Assembly: GCA_963718045.1 (NCBI GenBank)
Contig: OY970350.1
Span: forward strand, 690,001 to 722,000
Reading direction: 5' to 3'
From: Candidatus Saccharimonadota bacterium
GTDB taxonomy: Bacteria; Patescibacteriota; Saccharimonadia; Saccharimonadales; UBA4665
Length of the DNA stretch: 32,000 nt
The notes beneath the pieces were generated by a model that was not told where the DNA came from, searched no databases, and saw nothing but the letters and a program-made list of their open reading frames with translations. This document shows, piece by piece, positions 8,886-16,096 of the stretch (position 1 is its first letter; every line of letters starts with the position of its first letter). The position numbers and the translations under genes were made by a program.

Positions 8886-8915
8886 TTGCTCCTTAGGAGT
8901 TATTTAAGATATAAT
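8886..8915 (+). promoter_or_regulatory. Candidate promoter for tRNA-His
   Basis: TTGCTC (8886-8891), 18-nt spacer, TATAAT (8910-8915), 12 nt before the tRNA 5' end. Confidence 0.5.
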
Positions 8916-8927
8916 TCGAAGTCACGT

Positions 8928-9005
8928 GGTGCCTGTAGCTCAATCGGTTAGAGCGCCAGTTTGTGGAACTGGAAGTCGAGAGTTCAAGTCTCTTCAGGCA
9001 CCCCA
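8928..9005 (+). tRNA. tRNA-His (GUG) with encoded G-1 and CCA
   Basis: Hand-folded cloverleaf: G-1, acceptor GTGCCTG/CAGGCAC, D arm GCTC-AATCGGTTA-GAGC. Anticodon stem CCAGT/ACTGG with loop TTGTGGA, T arm GAGAG-TTCAAGT-CTCTT, discriminator C73, CCA. Confidence 0.9.
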
Positions 9006-9027
9006 AGCATAATGTTAAGATGTATAC

Positions 9028-9483
9028 ATGCCGCATATCCACGATAAATATGACTTTGTAGTTAGCGTGTTCATTGTGTTTGAGGGTAAAGTCTTGTTAG
9101 TTCATCATCCTCGATATGATAAATGGATCCCCGTGGGCGGTCATATTGAGTTAAATGAAGATCCTGAGCAAGCTTTATTTAGGGAGATTAAAGAAGAGAC
9201 AGGTTCAGAAGTAGATATATTGGCGAATAAGCCTGTTATTAAGCAAAGTGATTCAAAGTTAATTTTTACTCCTTCCTATATGGACGTTCATGAAGCAAAT
9301 CCTCCTCATAGACATATTGCACTAGTCTATTTTGCTAAGGCAAAGAATGATAAATATACTTTATCCAAAGAACATACAGAAATTAAATGGTTAAGTTTAG
9401 AAGATCTTAATAGTCCAAAGTATGGTCTGTCTACTTCGGTTAAGTTTTATTGTAAGGAAGCTATTAAACGAGCATCTGTGTAG
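9028..9483 (+). CDS. Nudix hydrolase
   Basis: Nudix box GGHIELNEDPEQALFREIKEETG (G-x5-E-x7-REUxEExGU). Confidence 0.85.
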   Translation: MPHIHDKYDFVVSVFIVFEGKVLLVHHPRYDKWIPVGGHIELNEDPEQALFREIKEETGSEVDILANKPVIKQSDSKLIFTPSYMDVHEANPPHRHIALVYFAKAKNDKYTLSKEHTEIKWLSLEDLNSPKYGLSTSVKFYCKEAIKRASV

Positions 9484-9542
9484 TCATAATTTGTAATCGA
9501 ATAAGTTCTGATTTCTTCACCGGGCAACTTCAAGTATAAAGG

Positions 9543-9806
9543 CTATCTATAAAGCTGTTTGTGATCACCTACGGCAACAAAATAAGCTGTGCTATTATCA
9601 AGCATTTGAAAATGTAACCGTAAATCTCCTCCAATGCTAATAGAACGATGCCCAAACCATTTGCCTCTTAAGGAATGATTGCGAAGGTCTTTATGGTATG
9701 GTTCATCTTGAAACTGCTCAATAGTATCTAAAACCTGTACTTGTTGGCTGTGAGTAAGTCTTTGAATGAACTGTCTGTCAAAATCTGGGCTAAATCTAAT
9801 TTGCAT
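9543..9806 (-). CDS. Type II toxin, RelE/YafQ-family mRNA interferase
   Basis: 87 aa. The pattern HSLRGKWFGHRSISIGGDLRLHF...FVAVGDHKQLYR resembles YafQ/RelE. It sits directly downstream of a DinJ-like antitoxin with a 7-nt gap. Confidence 0.75.
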   Translation of the reverse strand: MQIRFSPDFDRQFIQRLTHSQQVQVLDTIEQFQDEPYHKDLRNHSLRGKWFGHRSISIGGDLRLHFQMLDNSTAYFVAVGDHKQLYR

Positions 9807-9813
9807 TTAAGAA

Positions 9814-10095
9814 TTACTTTTTCATTAATGCTTCTAGATGTTTTCTTGCTTCTTTTTTATTCATTGGAGGGGAAGCAAGTCCTGCTTTTAGATCTGACTC
9901 AGCCTTTTTTATGACTCTTTGTAAATAACGAGTTGGTTCAAATTTAGGTGTCAACACTATCGTTCCTTCTTGCATAGTCTGTCTTAATGCAGTGGTTATA
10001 AATGCGCTTACGGATAGGCCAACAGAATTAGCAAAATCCGTTATCTCTTTTTTCGTTTTATCATCAGTTCTAATACTTAACAAGGTATTGCTCAT
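9814..10095 (-). CDS. Type II antitoxin, RelB/DinJ family (ribbon-helix-helix)
   Basis: N-terminus LSIRTDDKTKKEITDFANSVGLSVSAFITTALRQ matches the DinJ RHH pattern. It is paired with the downstream toxin. Confidence 0.75.
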   Translation of the reverse strand: MSNTLLSIRTDDKTKKEITDFANSVGLSVSAFITTALRQTMQEGTIVLTPKFEPTRYLQRVIKKAESDLKAGLASPPMNKKEARKHLEALMKK

Positions 10096-10104
10096 ATTGC
10101 TTAC

Positions 10105-10133
10105 ATTGTATAACGTTTGTATAACTATTTCAA
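10105..10133 (-). promoter_or_regulatory. dinJ-relE-like promoter with embedded direct-repeat operator candidate
   Basis: Minus strand: TTGAAA (10133-10128), 17-nt spacer, TACAAT (10110-10105), then 9 nt to the ATG (10095). The spacer and -10 region contain two copies of plus-strand TTGTATAAC (10106-10114 and 10117-10125), 11 bp apart. Confidence 0.5.
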
Positions 10134-10181
10134 TATTAAGTGTTAGAAAAAGTTCTAATATTCTTTACCAGTCGACCCGGT

Positions 10182-10196
10182 TGATAAGCATTATCA
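10182..10196. promoter_or_regulatory. Fur-family (Fur/Zur/PerR-type) 7-1-7 box candidate upstream of the P-type ATPase
   Basis: TGATAAGCATTATCA differs from the 7-1-7 consensus TGATAATnATTATCA at one position. It is flanked by CCGGn/nCCGG, giving a 25-bp near-palindrome (10177-10201). It abuts the -35 position of the extended -10 promoter at 10217-10225. Confidence 0.5.
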
Positions 10197-10216
10197 GCCG
10201 GAAGGACAGTGAGGTT

Positions 10217-10225
10217 TGATATAAT
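10217..10225 (+). promoter_or_regulatory. Extended -10 promoter element (TGaTATAAT) of the ATPase gene
   Basis: TGATATAAT is read directly from the sequence. GGAGGG Shine-Dalgarno at 10243-10248 and TTG start at 10253. Confidence 0.5.
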
Positions 10226-10252
10226 CGAGGGAACGAGTATCTGGAGGGTTAG

Positions 10253-12100
10253 TTGAAGAAGATAGTTAAATTTATCTGGCAGTGGAAGCTGTTTTCATTA
10301 GCTGCCATTGCGCTTGTTGTTTCTCTCCCCCTATATTTCACCGGTCTTCACACTGCAGCGTACATTATTCTAGCCATAGTTTCACTTTTTGAAGTATTCC
10401 CCTTGCTTTGGGATATGGTCACGGATATAAGAAACGGCAGTTACGGTGTAGATATATTAGCAGCAACAGCAATTGTGGCAGCTGTTCTTCTTAGGCAGTA
10501 CTGGGCAGCAATTGTTGTTGTTATCATGCTTACCGGCGGTAAATCATTAGAAGACTATGCCGATCACCGGGCACTGAGTGAGCTTAATAGCTTATTGACT
10601 CATGCGCCAACAACTGCCCATTTAATTAAAAACAAGAAGCAGGTAGATGTTAAAGCCAGTGAAATTAAAGTTGGTGATATCTTTATTGTTAAGCCTGGTG
10701 AATTAGTGCCGACTGATGGCGTCATAACTAGCGGCCAATCAAGTTTTGATGAATCTTCTCTTACCGGTGAAAGCATTCCTCTGGCGAAAGGTGAAAAAGA
10801 GCTGCTGCTTAGTGGTTCAATCAATCTGGATAGTCCGGTAACTGTCAAGTCGACGGCTTCAGCTAAAGATAGTCAGTACCAGCAAATAATTAAACTGGTT
10901 GAATCAGCGGCTGCTTCTAAAGCACCATTTGTCAGATTGGCAGATAAATACAGTATCCCCTTTACCTTAGTTGCCTATGCTATTGCTGGCAGTGTTTGGG
11001 CCACGACTGGACACGCTATTAGGTTTTTGGAAGTTATTATTGTAGCTACCCCCTGTCCCTTGTTACTGGCAGCACCAATTGCCTTAATCTCCGGCATGAG
11101 CAGTGCCAGCCGACTGGGCATAATAGTAAGGACCGGTTCGGCTCTTGAACGGTTAGCCCAGGCAAAGACCATTGCTTTCGATAAAACAGGCACTTTAACG
11201 TCAGCTAAGTTAAAAATAGATAAGGTGACTAGCTTTAACGGCTTTAAAAACAATGAGGTCTTAACTTATGCTGCTAGTTTAGAGCAGTTTTCTAACCATG
11301 TTATTGCTAAGGCCGTAATAGCTGAAGCCCAAAAAGAAAAGTTAAAGTTAGTTAAAGTTAAGGGACTTAAAGAAATAGCCGGGTTAGGTCTTAAAGCCAG
11401 CCTTAAAGGCCAGACGCTAGTTGTTGGCCGGGCAAAATTACTATCCCAAGAAGGTATTAAACTGCCAGAAGATCTTGTCCACTCTAAACAAGCAAACACC
11501 ATTGTTTATGTAGGACTGGCAGATAAGTTAGTCGGCTATATTAACCTATCAGATCAGATAAGACCTGAGGCCAAGAAAACTCTTCAAACACTGAAAAACC
11601 TGGGTATTAAACATTTCCTACTTGTTACCGGAGACAACAGACAAGTGGCTGAAAGTGTCGGAAGTGAACTTGGTATTGAAGATATTTCGTCCGATGAACT
11701 GCCGGCAGATAAATTAAAAACAGTTGAGAAGTATCCTGATAGACCAGTTGCTTTTGTTGGTGACGGCGTTAATGATTCGCCAGTCCTAGCTGCCGCGGAC
11801 GTTGGTATTGCTCTTGGCGCTAGAGGCTCAACAGCAGCTAGTGAATCAGCCGATATGGTTATTATGCTTGATGATTTAAGCCGAGTAGCAGCTGCCTATT
11901 TAATTGCTAAGCATACCTTTAAGATCGCTCGGCAGAGTATATTAGCGGGCATTGGTTTAAGCGTTATATTAATGGTTGTGTTTGCCAGCGGTCATTTCCT
12001 GCCTGTTTACGGCGCAGTCCTTCAGGAAGTGGTTGATGTTGTTGTTATCTTTAATGCCTTGAGAGCTCATACTACAAAATACGTATCCGAAGCTATCTAA
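10253..12100 (+). CDS. P1B-type heavy-metal-translocating ATPase, TPCP transmembrane motif, no N-terminal metal-binding domain
   Basis: DKTGTLT phosphorylation motif, TGES actuator motif, GDGVNDSPVLAAADVGIALG hinge. VATPCPLLLAAP in the M4-equivalent helix (TPCP codons 11048-11059). Four TM helices precede the actuator domain. TTG start with GGAGGG Shine-Dalgarno. Confidence 0.9.
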   Translation: MKKIVKFIWQWKLFSLAAIALVVSLPLYFTGLHTAAYIILAIVSLFEVFPLLWDMVTDIRNGSYGVDILAATAIVAAVLLRQYWAAIVVVIMLTGGKSLEDYADHRALSELNSLLTHAPTTAHLIKNKKQVDVKASEIKVGDIFIVKPGELVPTDGVITSGQSSFDESSLTGESIPLAKGEKELLLSGSINLDSPVTVKSTASAKDSQYQQIIKLVESAAASKAPFVRLADKYSIPFTLVAYAIAGSVWATTGHAIRFLEVIIVATPCPLLLAAPIALISGMSSASRLGIIVRTGSALERLAQAKTIAFDKTGTLTSAKLKIDKVTSFNGFKNNEVLTYAASLEQFSNHVIAKAVIAEAQKEKLKLVKVKGLKEIAGLGLKASLKGQTLVVGRAKLLSQEGIKLPEDLVHSKQANTIVYVGLADKLVGYINLSDQIRPEAKKTLQTLKNLGIKHFLLVTGDNRQVAESVGSELGIEDISSDELPADKLKTVEKYPDRPVAFVGDGVNDSPVLAAADVGIALGARGSTAASESADMVIMLDDLSRVAAAYLIAKHTFKIARQSILAGIGLSVILMVVFASGHFLPVYGAVLQEVVDVVVIFNALRAHTTKYVSEAI

Positions 12101-12734
12101 GAGCAACTGCTATTAAAAGCGGCACAAACAGATTGTCTAGACCAAGTATGGATATATTTTCCAGTGCTGTAGCTGTTAAGGCTAAGACTAAAAGGAATAA
12201 CAGATTAGACGGTTGGCTAGCGTGAGTATGGTAAATAGACAGTAAGATAATCATGGTGATAAAGAAAGCTAGGCTGCCAACAAGACTTTTAGTAGAATTA
12301 AATATTTTGTAGTTTGTACGCTTACCAAAATATGTACCGAATATGGCTGCTAGACCATCGGCTAGACCCATGGACAGTATGGCGGTGGTATAGATTAGTT
12401 TATCGTGAGTTATTAGAGCAATAAGAGTAACTGAGATGGCAAAAAAGAATTCACCCCAGGTAGTTCGCTGGGTATTTCGCATGCCTTTAAACAGTTTAAA
12501 ATGGCTGGAGAAATATTTTACATGCTTGGAGATATATATGCTTATAAAAACAGCCACACCCAGCAGTTCTATATCTAACCAGCTTAAATAGTAGGGCCAG
12601 AAAGCTACAAAGCAGCCTAAAATGATGTGGACTGCCTTTCGGCTTATTTCATCATTAGGACGTTTAATTCGCCACCATGCTTCATTAACCAGTAGTATTA
12701 GTAGCCCAATTAAGGTTGTCAGTATTAAACGCAT
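12093..12734 (-). CDS. Polyprenol/dolichol/phytol kinase family membrane protein (CTP-dependent, PF01148-like)
   Basis: Polytopic 213 aa. RKAVHIILG near the N-terminus and GLADGLAAIFGTYFGKR...TKSLVGSLAFF match the dolichol-kinase/CdsA-superfamily pattern. The 3' end overlaps the ATPase 3' end by 8 nt (convergent). Confidence 0.6.
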   Translation of the reverse strand: MRLILTTLIGLLILLVNEAWWRIKRPNDEISRKAVHIILGCFVAFWPYYLSWLDIELLGVAVFISIYISKHVKYFSSHFKLFKGMRNTQRTTWGEFFFAISVTLIALITHDKLIYTTAILSMGLADGLAAIFGTYFGKRTNYKIFNSTKSLVGSLAFFITMIILLSIYHTHASQPSNLLFLLVLALTATALENISILGLDNLFVPLLIAVALR

Positions 12735-12788
12735 CTTAAATAGTATAGGACATCTCGTAAAACAGTTGTCGGGTTAATTGTCTAAATA

Positions 12789-12865
12789 TGGTCGGGGGTG
12801 CGGGATTTGAACCCACGACCTCCGCGTCCCGAACGCGGCGCGCTACCAAGCTGCGCTAATCCCCG
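12789..12865 (-). tRNA. tRNA-Pro (CGG), CCA encoded
   Basis: Reverse complement folds as CGGGGAT-TA-GCGC-AGCTTGGTA-GCGC-G-CCGCG-TTCGGGA-CGCGG-AGGTC-GTGGG-TTCAAAT-CCCGC-ACCCCCG-A-CCA. There is an A6:C67 mismatch. Confidence 0.9.
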
Positions 12866-12903
12866 TAAAACTATTTATGTTGGTCATTATACCTTTAAGT
12901 TAA

Positions 12904-14421
12904 TTAATTGGTAGAGGAGCTGGAGCCTGTTACTGAGCCGGTTGACGAAAAACTGGAAGTTGAAGAGCTGACTGGGTGGGTATTAGCGAAATTCTGGCCC
13001 AGTATTACTACAAAGCTATCACTTGAATATTGGGCCGCTTCCTTAGCCTCAGCCGAGCCAGAAGTTGACAAGACAATAGTTCCAGGAAAAATTGATTCTA
13101 GAAGAGATTTGGTATTTGGATCTTTACCATTTGAATTATCTACAATTATTGTTGGCGTGTAATTACCTAAGGTATCGCCAATGGAAACGTTAGCAATATC
13201 CTTACTTTCAAGTACCAGCTGTTCTTGTCTGGCTAGTCCACTAACATTAGTACCATTTAATATTTCGATGCTGGCATCTTCTTTAGCTACTGGGTTTGAT
13301 GATGTCAGTCCAAGAAAATATGCTCTAAGACCGGAGTAGTTACCTATTCCAGCTGACGGTATTAGGCTGTCCTGACCTGAAGCTGGATCGATATAACCAA
13401 CAAGCAAAGGATTACTATCACCAGCCACGCTACTGCTATAGGCGTATGATCCGAGGCTAGAGAAGTTAATACCCTTTACTGCCTGGTCTAGAGATAGTAC
13501 ATCCTGCAAGGACAAATTGGTTTGGACGTTATTGGCAAAAGAGCTAAATAGCGAAGTCACTTTTAGAGGGTTTGATATAACACCTATTGAAGTTGCCTTC
13601 TTTAAGATAGCTACAACCATCTCCCGCTGGTACATGGTCCTCGTAAAGTCACTGTTAGGAAAACCATAGCAGATATCTCCTGAACCGGCATCACATCTAG
13701 CTCGGGCAAGATTTAAGGCTTCCTGGCCATCTAAATTGTCTTCACCGTTTGGCAGCTTAAGATTAGTGAAAGAGTCATAAAGACCATAAGAATCAGGGCT
13801 GTTAACATCAATTGTTATACCGTCAACTGCATTTACGGCATCTTTAAAAGCGGCGTAGTTTACTAGGGCGTAGTAGTCCACAGGAATACCCAGGTCAGTT
13901 TGGATTATTTCCTGAAGCTGCCCCATGCCGCCATTTGGATAACCAGACTGGCTAAAACTGGTAACGGTGTTGGCAGCATTAATCTTCTGATAAGATTTAA
14001 GGCCTGGGACATAAACCCAAAGGTCTCTAGGAATACTAAGCATAAATCCGGTATGGTTATTAGGATCAATGCTAAGCAGCATTATTGAGTCAGTCAGGTC
14101 AGCTCCAGCGTGACCCGGATCATCTGATGAATCACCAGCTACCAAAATGTTTATACGGCCATCAGATTCATTAAGGTTATTTTTGCTAAACAGAGCCTGG
14201 ACATCACTAAATATATTGCCGTGGAATACTTTATCCAGACTGCCAATTAAACGGCTGCCAAACCAGCCAAAAAGACCTAAGAATATAACCGCTACAGAAA
14301 GAACAGCAGTAACTACCTTTCTTTTTCTGCTCCAGGGACGCTTGAAAGACTGAAATCTTTTATGTCTACTGGCTCTATGTCTGTCGCGTCCGACAGACGA
14401 ATCGGCATAGATCAAGCTCAT
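12904..14421 (-). CDS. LytR-CpsA-Psr (LCP) family cell-wall polymer transferase with C-terminal LytR_C-like domain and Ser-rich tail
   Basis: N-terminal basic cytoplasmic tail plus a TM helix. LCP core INILVAGDSSDD...ADLTDSIMLLSIDPNNHTGFMLSIPRDLWV. C-terminal IEILNGTNVSGLARQ segment. Tail SSSTSSFSSTGSVTGSSSSTN. Confidence 0.85.
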   Translation of the reverse strand: MSLIYADSSVGRDRHRASRHKRFQSFKRPWSRKRKVVTAVLSVAVIFLGLFGWFGSRLIGSLDKVFHGNIFSDVQALFSKNNLNESDGRINILVAGDSSDDPGHAGADLTDSIMLLSIDPNNHTGFMLSIPRDLWVYVPGLKSYQKINAANTVTSFSQSGYPNGGMGQLQEIIQTDLGIPVDYYALVNYAAFKDAVNAVDGITIDVNSPDSYGLYDSFTNLKLPNGEDNLDGQEALNLARARCDAGSGDICYGFPNSDFTRTMYQREMVVAILKKATSIGVISNPLKVTSLFSSFANNVQTNLSLQDVLSLDQAVKGINFSSLGSYAYSSSVAGDSNPLLVGYIDPASGQDSLIPSAGIGNYSGLRAYFLGLTSSNPVAKEDASIEILNGTNVSGLARQEQLVLESKDIANVSIGDTLGNYTPTIIVDNSNGKDPNTKSLLESIFPGTIVLSTSGSAEAKEAAQYSSDSFVVILGQNFANTHPVSSSTSSFSSTGSVTGSSSSTN

Positions 14422-14532
14422 CCATATATAATGCCCTATTATGCTGAGTAAAAGCTATGGGATTCTATAATTTTACAATGTTTATTGGTTGAGATGTACG
14501 GATGCTACTCAAAGCCACACAATCTTAGGAAC

Positions 14533-14874
14533 TTAATCTTCTAAAAGACTTTGAATTAGTTCCCATGTTTCCTCTACAACTTCATAAGGTGCCCTGTCAG
14601 CAAACTCTACTTGTCTAGCATTCCAGTCTAGATTTTTGATTTGGTCAGCAAGGATAACGCCATTAATTTTGTTGGTCTTAATTCGTACCTCGAATGGATA
14701 TCCTTTTACCTTCGTAGTGATTGGGCAAGCCACCATAAGTCTAGAACTTTGATTATAGCTCTTTGGCGAAAGAACTAGAGCTGGTCTGTTTCCTGCTTGT
14801 TCGTGACCTTCTTGAGGGCTAAAGTTAGGCCAAACAATGTCTCCTTTGCCTGGAGTATACTGATCTACTACCAT
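14533..14874 (-). CDS. mazF: MazF/ChpB-type endoribonuclease toxin
   Basis: GDIVWPNFSPQEGHEQAGNRPALVLSPKSYN...VACPITT...GVILADQIKNLDW closely matches the MazF/ChpBK pattern. Confidence 0.9.
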   Translation of the reverse strand: MVVDQYTPGKGDIVWPNFSPQEGHEQAGNRPALVLSPKSYNQSSRLMVACPITTKVKGYPFEVRIKTNKINGVILADQIKNLDWNARQVEFADRAPYEVVEETWELIQSLLED

Positions 14875-15116
14875 ACCTCATTACCCACAGGTTTACCCCA
14901 ATCAACCTCATCGTGTCGGTTCTCGGGTGTGATTGCAGTAACTAGCTCCTTTAAAGTTGGCTTATTACGCTTATTTGGTTCAATCGTAGCAGTTACACCA
15001 TTGCTTATAATCTGGATACTGCTATTTTCGGATAGACCGAGATCTTGAATAACAACATTAGGGATTCTAATTGCTAGACTATTGCCCCATTTTTTAACAC
15101 TTGAAGTAGTTTTCAT
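14868..15116 (-). CDS. mazE: MazE/AbrB-type antitoxin (SpoVT-AbrB fold)
   Basis: MKTTSSVKKWGNSLAIRIPNVVIQDLGL matches the AbrB/MazE N-terminus. The start is reassigned to ATG at 15116, which has an AGAGGA Shine-Dalgarno 7 nt upstream. The ORF-track start at 15164 is the TTG of the promoter -35 box. Overlaps mazF by 7 nt. Confidence 0.8.
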   Translation of the reverse strand: MKTTSSVKKWGNSLAIRIPNVVIQDLGLSENSSIQIISNGVTATIEPNKRNKPTLKELVTAITPENRHDEVDWGKPVGNEVW

Positions 15117-15135
15117 TAATAAATCCTCTATAACT

Positions 15136-15164
15136 ATGATATACAATCGTATATACATTGTCAA
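15136..15164 (-). promoter_or_regulatory. mazEF promoter with palindromic/direct-repeat operator candidate
   Basis: Minus strand: TTGACA (15164-15159), 17-nt spacer, TATCAT (15141-15136). The spacer atgtatatacgattgta contains the palindrome GTATATAC. The direct repeat TGTATAT occurs twice, with the second copy overlapping the -10. Confidence 0.6.
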
Positions 15165-15186
15165 GAGTTAATAAGTATAAGAATTT

Positions 15187-15263
15187 TGGTCGGGGATAGA
15201 GGACTCGAACCTCCGACCTCCGCGTCCCAAACGCGGCGCGCTAGCCAACTGCGCCAATCCCCG
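15187..15263 (-). tRNA. tRNA-Pro (UGG), CCA encoded
   Basis: Reverse complement: CGGGGAT-TG-GCGC-AGTTGGCTA-GCGC-G-CCGCG-TTTGGGA-CGCGG-AGGTC-GGAGG-TTCGAGT-CCTCT-ATCCCCG-A-CCA. The acceptor stem is fully paired. Extended -10 TGATATAAT at 15274-15282 (minus). Confidence 0.92.
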
Positions 15264-15288
15264 ATAAGAGAACATTATATCAACAGTT

Positions 15289-16089
15289 TTAATTAATTAC
15301 TTTTTGTATTTGATAAATATTTTTAGCCAACCCATTTGACGTATCTATGTCTATTAAGACAGCATTAAACTGTAACGGTCCGCTGTCTTCAAGTTCATTA
15401 CGGACTTTTACACCGTCTCGCCATCTGCTCACTATGACATCTAGCTTAACTCCCAGCGATGAATTTAAGGATCCACACATACCAACATCGGTAATATGGG
15501 CTGTGCCGTTTGGGAGAATCCGGGCATCAGCTGTAGGCACATGCCAGTGATCCCCCACTACTGCTGTAACTCTTCCGTCTAGATAGTGACCGATAACTAC
15601 TTTTTCACTGGAGTAATCACCGTGGAAATTAACGACTACGCCATTCTTGGCTTTGTCCTTTTCCTTGGCTAGTATATTGTCAACTACTTGAAGCGGGTTG
15701 TCTATTTCCTTGTCTGCATCCCGGCCGACTATTTGGCCCAGTAAACTAATGAATAGAATTAGACCATCTTTAGTCCTTAAGTATTTGTAGCCCAGACCGG
15801 CCGTTCCGCTGGGATAGTTGGCTGGCCGGATTATTGGCTCGTTTGGATCATTAAGTGCAGGTTCAATGTCTTTCAGATAGAGTGACCAATTACCGCCGGT
15901 GAAGAAGTCAATGCCAAGTTCTTTAAGTTTTTTGAAATCTTCGTTAGCTATACCTTTGCCATCGGTGACGTTTTCAGCCTGAGCAGCAACAACGTCTATA
16001 TTCTCTTCAGTTTTAAGATTACCTAGGATATTAGAGACTGCCCTAACACCAAGTGTTCCCATTATGTCACCGATATATAGCAGTCGCAT
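15289..16089 (-). CDS. ymdB: YmdB-like calcineurin-type metallophosphoesterase (2',3'-cyclic-nucleotide phosphodiesterase family)
   Basis: MRLLYIGDIMG..., ENVTDGKGI, NFHGDYSSEK, VVGDHWHVPTADARILPNGTAHITDVGMCG match Bacillus YmdB. The conserved position immediately downstream of rny is kept. Confidence 0.85.
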   Translation of the reverse strand: MRLLYIGDIMGTLGVRAVSNILGNLKTEENIDVVAAQAENVTDGKGIANEDFKKLKELGIDFFTGGNWSLYLKDIEPALNDPNEPIIRPANYPSGTAGLGYKYLRTKDGLILFISLLGQIVGRDADKEIDNPLQVVDNILAKEKDKAKNGVVVNFHGDYSSEKVVIGHYLDGRVTAVVGDHWHVPTADARILPNGTAHITDVGMCGSLNSSLGVKLDVIVSRWRDGVKVRNELEDSGPLQFNAVLIDIDTSNGLAKNIYQIQKVIN

Positions 16090-16096
16090 TTAAAAC

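Noticed and set aside
15117-15164. N-terminal extension of MazE (ORF-track start at 15164, adding MTMYIRLYIIVIEDLL)
   Set aside because: The proposed start is the TTG of a consensus TTGACA -35 box, so the extension would cover the promoter itself. ATG 15116 has an AGAGGA Shine-Dalgarno and yields a canonical AbrB/MazE N-terminus.
8928-15263. tRNA-flanked genomic island idea: Nudix plus a TA pair after tRNA-His, and LCP plus mazEF between two tRNA-Pro genes
   Set aside because: No integrase, recombinase or transposase is present. No direct repeat of a tRNA 3' end (att-like) was found by eye in the flanking intergenic DNA. The intervening genes (P-type ATPase, LCP, polyprenol kinase) look like ordinary chromosomal genes. 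The mazEF cassette sits directly 3' of tRNA-Pro(UGG), which remains a mild hint of past insertion only.
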